The notes under the pieces are model-generated. The model saw nothing but the letters and a program-made list of their open reading frames with translations. It had not been told where the DNA came from and made no database searches. From NCBI GenBank assembly GCA_903821905.1, contig CAIJMQ010000001.1, positions 2,267 to 66,266 of the forward strand: a DNA stretch of 64,000 nucleotides, written 5' to 3'. A program made the translations under genes and the position numbers. Within the stretch, counting starts at the first letter, position 1. Each line of letters opens with the position of its first letter. Origin of the DNA: an uncultured bacterium (lineage in GTDB: Bacteria; CAIJMQ01). Shown piece by piece: positions 18,832-27,483 of the stretch.

Positions 18832-21147
18832 ATGAAGAAAATCTCTCGGTTTAGAATAGAAATCAAAGGCAAGGTTCAGGGGGTAGGTTTTAGGCCCACT
18901 GTTTACAGATACGCTGTTCAAAGAAAGCTAATGGGGTGGGTGAGTAATAGCTCTACAGGTGTAATTATAGAGATTCAAGGGAAGAAAAATGATGTGGAGA
19001 GTTTTATTGCCATGTTAAAGAAATTTCCACCTTCCCGTGCAGAAATAACAGCTTTTCAAATCACCGAAATCAAACCCAAAAGAGAAACATCCTTCAAAGT
19101 TCTTTCAAGTATTATCGGAAAAGAGATGAAAACAAGAATATCTCCCGATATTGCCGTCTGTAAAGATTGTTTGAAAGAACTTTTTGATAAAAAAGATAGG
19201 CGCTATCTTTACCCTTTCACAAACTGCACTAACTGCGGACCGCGTTTTACCATCATAAAAAACATCCCTTACGACAGACCTAATACCACAATGAAAAGGT
19301 TCAAGATGTGTAAGTCCTGCCAGAGTGAATATGACAATCCTTCTAACCGCAGATTCCATGCTCAACCAAATGCTTGCAGCGTATGTGGTCCTAAGGTGTT
19401 ACTGATACAAAAAACCAAAGTTAAAAGTGCAGGGACAGAAGCTATAAAGAAAACTACTGAACTACTCAAAGAGGGGAGGATTGTTGCGATAAAAGGATTG
19501 GGAGGATTTCATCTTGCCTGTGATGCTCTGAATGATGAAACAGTTAAGACATTACGGAGCAGAAAATACAGAGAAGATAAACCATTTGCTCTTATGGCGA
19601 AAGATTTAAAAACAATAAAACAATATTGTGAGGTTTCACGGGAAGAAGAAAAACTTCTACTCTCCTGGAAATCTCCGATTGTTCTCCTAAAGAAAAAAGC
19701 GAATTCATCTATTTCAAAACATATAGCACCAAATAACAAATATCTCGGCTTTATGCTTCCGTATACTCCTTTACACCATTTATTATTTTCTAAACTCACG
19801 GTTCTTGTTATGACAAGTGGTAATATAAGCGATGAACCGATTGCGTACGATAACGATGAAGCGATGAAACGGCTTAAGAATATAGCTGACTATTTTCTTA
19901 TTCACAACCGCGATATTTATATCCGCTCTGATGATTCCGTTACAAGAATTTTCCCCCCTCCCAAAAAGGAATTTATTCTCCGTCGTTCCAAAGGTTATAT
20001 TCCTGACCCAATCCGCAATCCGAATTCCGCAATCCGCAATGTAATCCTTGCTTGCGGTGGACATTCCAAAAACACTTTTGCCATAGCTAAAGGCGAAGAA
20101 GTAATCCTAAGCCACCACATAGGAGATTTGGAAAATGTAGAGACATATAATTCCTTTGTAAACGGTATAGAACATTTCAAGAAATTACTTGAAATTAAAC
20201 CCAAAATTATTGCTCACGATTTACATCCTGAATATTTCTCTACTCAATATGCCAAGCAATTTGCTTCTCGCCACTCATCATTTACCACTGTTGCTGTTCA
20301 GCATCACCATGCACATATCGCTTCAGTTATGGCTGATAATCTATTGAATAATCGTAGAGTAATAGGTGTTGCTTTTGACGGAACAGGGCTTGGTTCTGAC
20401 GGGAATTTATGGGGAGGTGAATTCCTGATTGCTGATTATAAGGATTTCAAACGGTTCGCACATCTTAAATATATTCCTCTTCCCGGAGGAGAAAAGGCAA
20501 TAAAAGAACCGTGGAGAATAGCATTTAGTTATCTTTATTCCATATTCGGTGATGGACTCTGGAGGCTTGACATAAACTTTGTCAAAAAACTTGATAAGAA
20601 AAAGAGTAAAGTTTTAAAGGGAATGCTCGACAAAGGTATCAACACACCTCTCACTTCAAGCGTCGGTAGATTGTTTGATGCAGTCGCTTCCTTAATCGGT
20701 ATAAGAGATACGGTAAATTATGAGGGACAAGCGGCGATAGAATTGGAGATGGCAATTGAGGAAAGACAAAAGGTAAAAGGCAAAACGCAAAATTACGGAT
20801 ATACAATACAAAAAGAAAACAATATCTACATTATTAATCCGGATGGAATCATCAAAGGAATAGTGGAGGATTTAAAGCGTGGGTTATCCAAAGAAATTAT
20901 TTCTCTAAAGTTCCACAACACAATTGTTAAGCTGATTGTTAAGATGGCTAAGAAACTCAGAGAGGATACGGGATTAAAAGAAGTTGCTCTTGGTGGGGGT
21001 GTGTTCCAGAATATGTTTATTTTAACTGGTGCTTACAACGGACTTAAAAAAGTAGGATTTAGAGTGTATATCCACAAAAAAGTCCCGACAAATGACGGCG
21101 GTCTTTCATTAGGACAGGCGGTGATTGCAGCGCATCAGGATGATTGA
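18832..21147 (+). CDS. hypF: [NiFe] hydrogenase maturation carbamoyltransferase HypF.
   Basis: Acylphosphatase domain and two CxxC-x18-CxxC zinc-finger pairs (CKDC...CTNC; CKSC...CSVC). YrdC-like and Kae1/HypF carbamoyltransferase domains are present. 771 aa. Confidence 0.95.
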   Translation: MKKISRFRIEIKGKVQGVGFRPTVYRYAVQRKLMGWVSNSSTGVIIEIQGKKNDVESFIAMLKKFPPSRAEITAFQITEIKPKRETSFKVLSSIIGKEMKTRISPDIAVCKDCLKELFDKKDRRYLYPFTNCTNCGPRFTIIKNIPYDRPNTTMKRFKMCKSCQSEYDNPSNRRFHAQPNACSVCGPKVLLIQKTKVKSAGTEAIKKTTELLKEGRIVAIKGLGGFHLACDALNDETVKTLRSRKYREDKPFALMAKDLKTIKQYCEVSREEEKLLLSWKSPIVLLKKKANSSISKHIAPNNKYLGFMLPYTPLHHLLFSKLTVLVMTSGNISDEPIAYDNDEAMKRLKNIADYFLIHNRDIYIRSDDSVTRIFPPPKKEFILRRSKGYIPDPIRNPNSAIRNVILACGGHSKNTFAIAKGEEVILSHHIGDLENVETYNSFVNGIEHFKKLLEIKPKIIAHDLHPEYFSTQYAKQFASRHSSFTTVAVQHHHAHIASVMADNLLNNRRVIGVAFDGTGLGSDGNLWGGEFLIADYKDFKRFAHLKYIPLPGGEKAIKEPWRIAFSYLYSIFGDGLWRLDINFVKKLDKKKSKVLKGMLDKGINTPLTSSVGRLFDAVASLIGIRDTVNYEGQAAIELEMAIEERQKVKGKTQNYGYTIQKENNIYIINPDGIIKGIVEDLKRGLSKEIISLKFHNTIVKLIVKMAKKLREDTGLKEVALGGGVFQNMFILTGAYNGLKKVGFRVYIHKKVPTNDGGLSLGQAVIAAHQDD
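20009..20041 (+). repeat. Imperfect heptanucleotide tandem repeat (CAATCCG-like, about 4.5 units) inside hypF.
   Basis: Seen directly: CAATCCG CAATCCG AATTCCG CAATCCG CAATG. It encodes PIRNPNSAIRN. Confidence 0.6.
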
Positions 21148-21151
21148 TTGG

Positions 21152-21931
21152 TTAGAATTTTTTTCTTTCTTTATCAGGTAAAGCAACTTTAGCTGAATAT
21201 TGTTTCATATTGATAGTTTGCAAGTGATTCAAATGATGTTTTTCTCTTAAATAACTGATAATTTTATTTTCTTCTTTTCTATCAAAATTGCAATCGGCAA
21301 TCAATGTACCTTCTTTTTCCCTTAAGACTTCCGGATCACAGAGTCCTTTTGAAAGAGTCTGATACATGTATGATTGTTTGAAAGTTTGATAATTGGGAGA
21401 TAGTGTATTTACGCAAAGTTGTAATTTGTTTCGATAAGTTAAAATAGCACCATCTAACTCGTTAAAGTGGGAATAAAAAGCACTCTCCTTAAAATAATAA
21501 CAAGTCATCAAATCTGTCCTTTGCATACTAAATAAATCTTGTGTGCCGAATAGTGTTGCATGAAAACGCATGTTGAGTAACGAATCATTATGGCCTGACG
21601 AATGTAGCCAGATGATATGAAAGATGTTATGATTTGGATCATAATTCTTCATTTGTTCTACACCATCAGATATAATAGCGTATAACCTGTTTCTCGGACC
21701 AGTAGGTGTTTCATTCCCTACGATTTCCCCTCTTTTTAATGATTCTCTTTCTCGCTTTGTTTCTTCTAGATCATCACTTTTAACTTTTAGTTCAATAATA
21801 TATTTATCTTTTTCATGCCATGCATTTATATCAGGAGTTTTTACATCAGCCTGAGATGGAATCTTCTTCGCCTCAAGTCCAATTTCTTTTAATATTTCTA
21901 TAACAACGTTTTTTGAATAGTTATCTTTCAT
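21152..21931 (-). CDS. Hypothetical protein with an N-terminal PD-(D/E)xK-type nuclease-like motif (restriction-endonuclease/Hjc/NERD-like fold). The C-terminal 180 aa match no known family.
   Basis: Motif ...VKTPDINAWHEKDKYIIELKVK (PD ... ExK). I prefer the start at MKDNYSKN (21931) because the longer ORF-track start (22102) overlaps the upstream GNAT gene by 131 nt. The stop is 5 nt from the hypF stop, convergent. Confidence 0.45.
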   Translation of the reverse strand: MKDNYSKNVVIEILKEIGLEAKKIPSQADVKTPDINAWHEKDKYIIELKVKSDDLEETKRERESLKRGEIVGNETPTGPRNRLYAIISDGVEQMKNYDPNHNIFHIIWLHSSGHNDSLLNMRFHATLFGTQDLFSMQRTDLMTCYYFKESAFYSHFNELDGAILTYRNKLQLCVNTLSPNYQTFKQSYMYQTLSKGLCDPEVLREKEGTLIADCNFDRKEENKIISYLREKHHLNHLQTINMKQYSAKVALPDKERKKF

Positions 21932-21971
21932 AATTTTATTTTTATCTCTCCACTCTTTCTCTGTCAATTTA

Positions 21972-22691
21972 CTATAAATCAAACCGCATAACGATAGAAT
22001 CTTTAGCTTTTTCCGGGTCGATGCCGGCAGATTTTGCTTGTTCTTCAAGCGTCGTGACGAATTCTTTATATTCGCATAAATAGGGATGAGGGAATCTATC
22101 AACCATTTTGAACCCTAAATTTTCCCAGAATGTATGTCCTGCGCTTCCCGTTGTCTGGTAGATGATGGGGAGGTCTTCAAAAGAATCGGTTTCTATTTGT
22201 TTCCATCCGTTTTCTCTTGCCCAATCAATAAGTGTTTTCACCATTCGTGAACCTATACCTTTGCGCTGATAGGGATTTTTCTCCTGACCGGGAGAACCTA
22301 TCATCAGACAGTGGACTTTCAATGTCTTGTCTTCAAGTTTATCAAGTGGTGGGAAATCCATTTCTGTAAAATCATCTGACGGTCCTATGGGATAATCCTG
22401 CTGGAGGCAAAGAGAACCTGCATCTTTCATCTTACATATCGTTTTTGGATAAAAGCGTATCTTTCCTATAATGTTGTCACCATCTCGCGCTACGACGACG
22501 CAAGCTCCATATACATCGGTGAGTTTTGTGAGTAATGCTTTGTTTCTGGCGCGGTATTGTTCCCACGGCATCTTATTGTTAGACGGCAATTGGTCTATGG
22601 TTTTGCGTGTGAGTGGTCCACTGTGAAGGCATCGCCACAGAATAAAATCCTTCGTCATCATTTCGATAACGATATCATTGGGCATATTCAT
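21972..22691 (-). CDS. GNAT-family N-acetyltransferase.
   Basis: Acetyl-CoA binding motif QRKGIGSRMVKTLIDWARENG. 239 aa. Confidence 0.8.
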   Translation of the reverse strand: MNMPNDIVIEMMTKDFILWRCLHSGPLTRKTIDQLPSNNKMPWEQYRARNKALLTKLTDVYGACVVVARDGDNIIGKIRFYPKTICKMKDAGSLCLQQDYPIGPSDDFTEMDFPPLDKLEDKTLKVHCLMIGSPGQEKNPYQRKGIGSRMVKTLIDWARENGWKQIETDSFEDLPIIYQTTGSAGHTFWENLGFKMVDRFPHPYLCEYKEFVTTLEEQAKSAGIDPEKAKDSIVMRFDL

Positions 22692-23416
22692 TTTTTACTT
22701 TTACCGGTTACGATACAATCGAGCATATTAACCAAAGCTTCAGGTGCAGTACGTTGCGGGTTATGGTCTGATTCTAATTTATAAATAGGCCATCCTCGTT
22801 TCTTTGCTCTTTCTGCATGAAATACAAAATCATTTTCATTAGCAATATGATTTGGTTGTACCATAAGAATATAAGATGCAGGCAGCTTTCTCGCGGATTG
22901 ATTCTTGAGTATGATAGGCTCTGTAAAAGTTTTTGCAGATTGTGGCACGTCCTTTGGGAATGGCTGGTCTGCTTCAACCCAATGAGGTACAACAAAGCCG
23001 CCTTCCAATTTATATTCATTCCATTTACCACGAGGTTTCTGTATGCTTTCTACGCTCTCCCCATTTTCAGGAAGGAAGGCATCAATGTATATAAGACGTT
23101 GAATTCGGTCAGGTATCCTGTCTGCAACACCGGTAACGACCATTCCACCATAACTATGGCCTATAAGAATAACATTATGCAGGTCTTCGAATATAAACAC
23201 ATTAACTATGTCATTGATATGGGTGGATAAACTTATATCGGGTGTGGCTAAATGCATTCGTTCGCCGAGTCCTGTAAGTGATGGTCTATAGACAGTATAG
23301 CCTTTCCGGGTGAGCATTGAAGCTGCTTGGCGCCACGTCCAACTACCGCCCCAAGCGCCGTGGACAATGACTAAAACTGGTTTATCTGATGTGTTACTTC
23401 TTTTAGTGTGATTCAT
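22688..23416 (-). CDS. Alpha/beta-hydrolase fold esterase (methyl-esterase/salicylate-esterase-like).
   Basis: LVIVHGAWGGSWTW oxyanion region and the nucleophile elbow IGHSYGG. My start at MNHTKRSN gives a 6-nt overlap with the upstream gene. The alternative start at 23485 would overlap the SDR gene by 65 nt. Confidence 0.75.
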   Translation of the reverse strand: MNHTKRSNTSDKPVLVIVHGAWGGSWTWRQAASMLTRKGYTVYRPSLTGLGERMHLATPDISLSTHINDIVNVFIFEDLHNVILIGHSYGGMVVTGVADRIPDRIQRLIYIDAFLPENGESVESIQKPRGKWNEYKLEGGFVVPHWVEADQPFPKDVPQSAKTFTEPIILKNQSARKLPASYILMVQPNHIANENDFVFHAERAKKRGWPIYKLESDHNPQRTAPEALVNMLDCIVTGKSKK

Positions 23417-23420
23417 ATTA

Positions 23421-24356
23421 TTACTTTTCCAGCGCAATGTAATAATCGAGATGTTCCAGGATTTTTTGCCAGGGGTCGAACTCAAGGCCGAAATCCTTTT
23501 TCATCTCGGAGACATCCCAAAAACTTCCACCTTCTCCCCAGCCCTTATCAACCAACTCCACGTGGCTCTTTGAACCTATCTTTTCCACAGCTGCTTTAGC
23601 GATGTCATACCATGAGACAAATTTTTTGGAGAGGCCGAGATATGTTTTCCGATTCATATTCCCGTGAAGAACTTCTATATAGAGCTTTGCCAAGTCGCCT
23701 GCCCAAATGAATTGAGTGCCGTCATTCTTGGTGACGGATATAGGTTCGTTTTGTACTGCGTTTCTTACAATGTTGCGAAAACGCGTATCACCCTGGATAC
23801 TGCCTCCAGGAACTACGGGATTTCCAAATACGTAGCCTGGGCGGATGATGTTGACCCGTATCGGATAAAGATGTGATTGTGCAGTGATAAAATTTTCACT
23901 GGCTGCCTTCGTTGCGCCATAGAATGTTGCAGGGTGTTGTTTGGTAGTTGAGGTAACACTTTTGAGGTCTTTCTCGGCTTCGTCCCGTGGACCCATGTAA
24001 AGGCTGTCATTCACTGCCGTGGACGAGGTGTAGATAAAGTGTTTCACTTTTGCCTGCGCCGCCGCGTTGGACAGAAACACAGTCGGCAGTGTATCGTCTA
24101 AAAGAACTTCCCATCCGGTTTTCTTGGTGTAATTCAGCGCGACCAGGATACAGGCATCTTTTCCAATGACTAATTTCCCGAGCAGCTTTCGGTCAGTGAT
24201 GTTGCCCTGCACAATTTCAAGCGCATTGATTTTGTTAAGTTCCGGCACCTTGTTACGGTTGCGGGCCAGGATGGTTACGTGATGTCCATGTTTCACGAGT
24301 TCCATGGCTACGTACGAACCGATGAAACCCGTTCCACCAGTCAAGAATATTTTCAT
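23421..24356 (-). CDS. NAD-dependent epimerase/dehydratase (extended SDR family).
   Basis: N-terminal MKIFLTGGTGFIGSYV Rossmann motif and the YxxxK region (YGATKAASE). Confidence 0.85.
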   Translation of the reverse strand: MKIFLTGGTGFIGSYVAMELVKHGHHVTILARNRNKVPELNKINALEIVQGNITDRKLLGKLVIGKDACILVALNYTKKTGWEVLLDDTLPTVFLSNAAAQAKVKHFIYTSSTAVNDSLYMGPRDEAEKDLKSVTSTTKQHPATFYGATKAASENFITAQSHLYPIRVNIIRPGYVFGNPVVPGGSIQGDTRFRNIVRNAVQNEPISVTKNDGTQFIWAGDLAKLYIEVLHGNMNRKTYLGLSKKFVSWYDIAKAAVEKIGSKSHVELVDKGWGEGGSFWDVSEMKKDFGLEFDPWQKILEHLDYYIALEK

Positions 24357-24380
24357 GATTTCTCCTTTTTTCTGCCGATT

Positions 24381-25244
24381 TTAGATTCTAACACGTGAGA
24401 AAAATTCGGGCAATCCATATATCCCATCGATTCTTAACCTGAAGAGTGCTCCTGCACCTGTGCCTTCTTTGGCTTTGGTGCTTTCTGTGAGCGCAGTCGT
24501 AACATATATATCGCCTAAATTATCACCACCGAATGTAACACTTGAAACTTTCTTTGCGGGAAATTCAATGCGTCTTTTTTCTTTGCCATCGTGCGTATAA
24601 CGATATAGTGCACCACCATCCCACCGTGCAGACCAGATATAACCTTGTGAGTCAACTGTCATACCGTCAGGTGTTCCTGCATTTTCGGGTGTCTGTAGCC
24701 ATAGACGCTGATTAGTCAGCGTGCCTGTTTTTTTATTGTAATCGAAAATATAGATAGTACGTAGAAGCGAATCGGTATAGTACATTTGTCTATGGTCTGG
24801 TGTAAATGCCATACCATTTGATATGCCTATACCTTCAAGAATTGAACGCAAAGAGCCGTCTGTGTCAAGGCGATAGAGGCGACCGCGGTGCTCGAGTGTA
24901 CCAATTGTCCCGCAGAATACTCGTCCCTCCGGATCTGCAATTACATCATTAAAACGGCTATTACGTTCGGTGGGAATTTCCTTCACAATGTAATCAAGTT
25001 TGCCGTTATGCCATTTAGCAATTGCCCCGTGCGCCATGAACAAAAGAAGCGCGCCGTCGGCTTGAACGGTGAAGCCGCCTACCGGAATACCGCTGTAGCA
25101 TTGTTCGTGATTTCCAGTAGCAGGGTCATAACGAAAGAGTTTGCCTCGAGGAATATCGGTCCAATAAATACGATGTTCTAACGGATGCCACAGTGGGTTC
25201 TCACCGGTGTGACATTGATAATCGGCAATAAGTTCAGGTTGCAT
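24381..25244 (-). CDS. SMP-30/gluconolactonase/LRE-family protein (six-bladed beta-propeller lactonase).
   Basis: ENPLWHP, NDVIADPEGRVF, PDGMTVDSQGYIW and repeated NG/DG propeller motifs. Confidence 0.8.
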   Translation of the reverse strand: MQPELIADYQCHTGENPLWHPLEHRIYWTDIPRGKLFRYDPATGNHEQCYSGIPVGGFTVQADGALLLFMAHGAIAKWHNGKLDYIVKEIPTERNSRFNDVIADPEGRVFCGTIGTLEHRGRLYRLDTDGSLRSILEGIGISNGMAFTPDHRQMYYTDSLLRTIYIFDYNKKTGTLTNQRLWLQTPENAGTPDGMTVDSQGYIWSARWDGGALYRYTHDGKEKRRIEFPAKKVSSVTFGGDNLGDIYVTTALTESTKAKEGTGAGALFRLRIDGIYGLPEFFSRVRI

Positions 25245-25301
25245 AGGTTTATTCTAACTGCAAATGCAAGAAAAAGAAAGATTTGATAAGATTGCATTAC
25301 T

Positions 25302-25514
25302 ATGTGTTTAGCGATACCAATGAAGGTGGTAAAAATAGAGGGCCCTAGTGGAATTGTTGAGCTTGGAGGAGTGAAGAGGAATATTAATCTTGAACTCCTT
25401 GATGGTGTTAGAGTTGGGGAATATGTAATAGTCCACGCAGGTTTTGCTATACAGAAGATAGATGATAAAGAAGCAGAAGAGACGATTGAGATTTTAAAAG
25501 AAATAGCTAAATGA
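25302..25514 (+). CDS. hypC: Hydrogenase maturation factor HypC.
   Basis: Starts with MCLAIP, the essential Cys2 signature of HypC/HybG. 70 aa. Confidence 0.95.
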   Translation: MCLAIPMKVVKIEGPSGIVELGGVKRNINLELLDGVRVGEYVIVHAGFAIQKIDDKEAEETIEILKEIAK

Positions 25515-26605
25515 AATACATTGACGAGTTTAGAAATCCGGAACTGACGAAGAAGCTTATTGCGAAGATAAGCGGGATGGTTTCGGATTATAAGAAAGAT
25601 ATAAAACTAATGGAGGTTTGCGGAACGCATACGGTAGCTATTTCACGTGCAGGGTTAAGAAAACTTTTTCCGCCAAACCTTAAACTGCTTTCGGGACCGG
25701 GGTGTCCTGTATGTGTAACGCCCAATAATTATCTTGACAGGGCGATTGCTTACTGCCGAAAAAACGATGTTATTGTGATTACTTTTGGCGATATGATGAA
25801 AGTTCCCGGCTCAACTTCTTCTTTGGAGAAGGAAAAGAGTAGGGGAGCAGATATTCGGGTTATTTATTCGCCCATTGATGCTTTGAAGATTGCGAATGAT
25901 AATCCGAAGAAGAAAATAATATTTCTCGGAGTAGGGTTTGAAACGACTTCTCCAACTATTGCTGCAACTATCAAAACTGCCGAAGCAGGGAATATTAAAA
26001 ACTTCCTTGTTCAGTCAGGGCATAAAGTTATCCCGCCGGCAATGGAAACACTTCTTGCAGATAAAGAAGTAAAAGTGGATGGCTTTATATGCCCCGGTCA
26101 CGTAAGCACGATTATTGGCTCTATTCCTTATGAGTTCATACCTAAAAAATATAATATTCCCTGTGTTATTGTGGGGTTCGAGCCGCTTGATGTAGTTGAG
26201 GGTGTCTACATGCTTGTTAAGCAGATTGTTGAGGGAGAAAAAGCAAGTGTCCAGGTTCAATACACCCGTTCGGTGAAAAGAGAAGGAAATCCCAAAGCTG
26301 TTGTGCTTATGGGAGAAGTGTTTGAACGAGAAAATTCCAACTGGCGGGGTTTAGGGATGATTTCCCAAAGCGGATTGAAGATAAGAAAAGAGTTCTCGGC
26401 TTTTGATGCTGTGAAGAATATAGAAGTTAAGGTAGAACCTACAAAAGAAAATAGACAGTGTATATGCGGTGAGGTTTTAAGGGGAGTAAAGAGCCCGCTG
26501 CAATGTAAACTCTTCGGGAAAATGTGCACTCCAGAAAATCCTATAGGTGCGTGTATGGTTTCTTCGGAAGGTACTTGTGCAGCATATTATAAGTATGGGG
26601 AGTAA
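25511..26605 (+). CDS. hypD: Hydrogenase maturation factor HypD.
   Basis: CGTHT, GPGCPVC and FETT motifs plus a C-terminal Cys-rich region. Its start overlaps the hypC stop (ATGA). Confidence 0.95.
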   Translation: MKYIDEFRNPELTKKLIAKISGMVSDYKKDIKLMEVCGTHTVAISRAGLRKLFPPNLKLLSGPGCPVCVTPNNYLDRAIAYCRKNDVIVITFGDMMKVPGSTSSLEKEKSRGADIRVIYSPIDALKIANDNPKKKIIFLGVGFETTSPTIAATIKTAEAGNIKNFLVQSGHKVIPPAMETLLADKEVKVDGFICPGHVSTIIGSIPYEFIPKKYNIPCVIVGFEPLDVVEGVYMLVKQIVEGEKASVQVQYTRSVKREGNPKAVVLMGEVFERENSNWRGLGMISQSGLKIRKEFSAFDAVKNIEVKVEPTKENRQCICGEVLRGVKSPLQCKLFGKMCTPENPIGACMVSSEGTCAAYYKYGE

Positions 26606-26701
26606 AGTCACAGTTCTTCTTTGACTTCTTTCTTTATATCTTATATATTTAGCTCTCAACAACTGAAATTAAAGGTAACATACAAACAAAAGGAGATGGT
26701 T

Positions 26702-27403
26702 ATGTTAAAACGAGTTTTTGCAGTAGCTTTAGTAGTAGGTATAGTTTCGTGCGGGATGGTATTTGCTCAAGATAAGGGGAAAGGGTTGAATACCGATTCC
26801 GAAAAATTGAGTTACACATTAGGAATGGATATCGGGAAATTTTTAAAAGATGTGCCCAGAGATATCGATTTCGAGATTTTCATCCAAGGTATTAAGGATA
26901 GTTTTAACGGAGATACGACTATTCTTACAGAGGAAGAGGCAACACAAATAAAACAGGAGTTTATTAAAGAAATACAGGCGGAAAATATGAAAAAGATGGA
27001 AGAAATAGCTGCAAAAAATAAAAAGGACGGTGAAACATTTCTTGCTGAAAACAAGAAGAAAGCAGGAGTTAAAACTACAAAAAGTGGTCTACAGTATGTA
27101 ATATTGAAAGAAGGAAATGGTCCGACTCCTAAGATAGATGATAAAGTCAAAGTGCACTACCGTGGCACTCTAATTGACGGAACAGAGTTTGATAGTTCTT
27201 ATGCACGCGGTGAACCGGTTACATTCCAATTGAATAGTGTAATTACCGGTTGGACTGAAGGATTACAGCTTATGAAAGTAGGAGGGAAATATAAATTGTT
27301 CGTTCCTTCGGAGCTTGGATATGGCGAACGTGGTGCTGGTACTCAAATCGGCCCGGATACTGTGCTAATATTTGAAGTAGAATTGTTAGGAATCGAGAAA
27401 TAA
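26702..27403 (+). CDS. FKBP-type peptidyl-prolyl cis-trans isomerase, Mip/FkpA-like, predicted lipoprotein.
   Basis: Signal peptide with lipobox IVSC. N-terminal dimerisation helix, then the FKBP domain (VHYRGTLIDGTEFDSS ... GWTEGLQLMKVGGKYKLFVPSELGYG). I place the start at the second ATG (26702) because an AGGAG SD lies 6 nt upstream of it. Confidence 0.85.
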   Translation: MLKRVFAVALVVGIVSCGMVFAQDKGKGLNTDSEKLSYTLGMDIGKFLKDVPRDIDFEIFIQGIKDSFNGDTTILTEEEATQIKQEFIKEIQAENMKKMEEIAAKNKKDGETFLAENKKKAGVKTTKSGLQYVILKEGNGPTPKIDDKVKVHYRGTLIDGTEFDSSYARGEPVTFQLNSVITGWTEGLQLMKVGGKYKLFVPSELGYGERGAGTQIGPDTVLIFEVELLGIEK

Positions 27404-27420
27404 GAAAATAATTAAAACAA

Positions 27421-27478
27421 GGGACGGTTCTATTTTAAAACAATAGCAAAATAGAACCGTCCCTTGTTATCCTTTTTA
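27421..27478 (+). terminator. Strong Rho-independent terminator after the FKBP gene.
   Basis: Perfect 16-bp inverted repeat GGGACGGTTCTATTTT / AAAATAGAACCGTCCC (27421-27436 and 27448-27463) followed by TTGTTATCCTTTTT. Confidence 0.7.
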
Positions 27479-27483
27479 ACCTT

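Noticed and set aside
19105-20204. Four short minus-strand ORFs within hypF, and similar shadow ORFs elsewhere (16414..16662, 18192..18756, 22774..23230, 24888..25181, 26015..26662, 28160..29442, 51029..52989, 54755..55018, 55615..55956, 57349..57949, 58679..59419, 60092..60653, 61417..61944, 62023..62816, 63548..63838).
   Set aside because: Each is embedded antisense or out of frame in a longer gene that has strong family evidence. None has an SD-like sequence or a recognisable domain.
21152-25244. Block between hypF and hypC as a bona fide mobile element (IS, transposon, integrative element).
   Set aside because: No transposase, integrase or recombinase gene, and no terminal inverted repeats seen by eye. 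I report it only as a compositionally distinct insertion.
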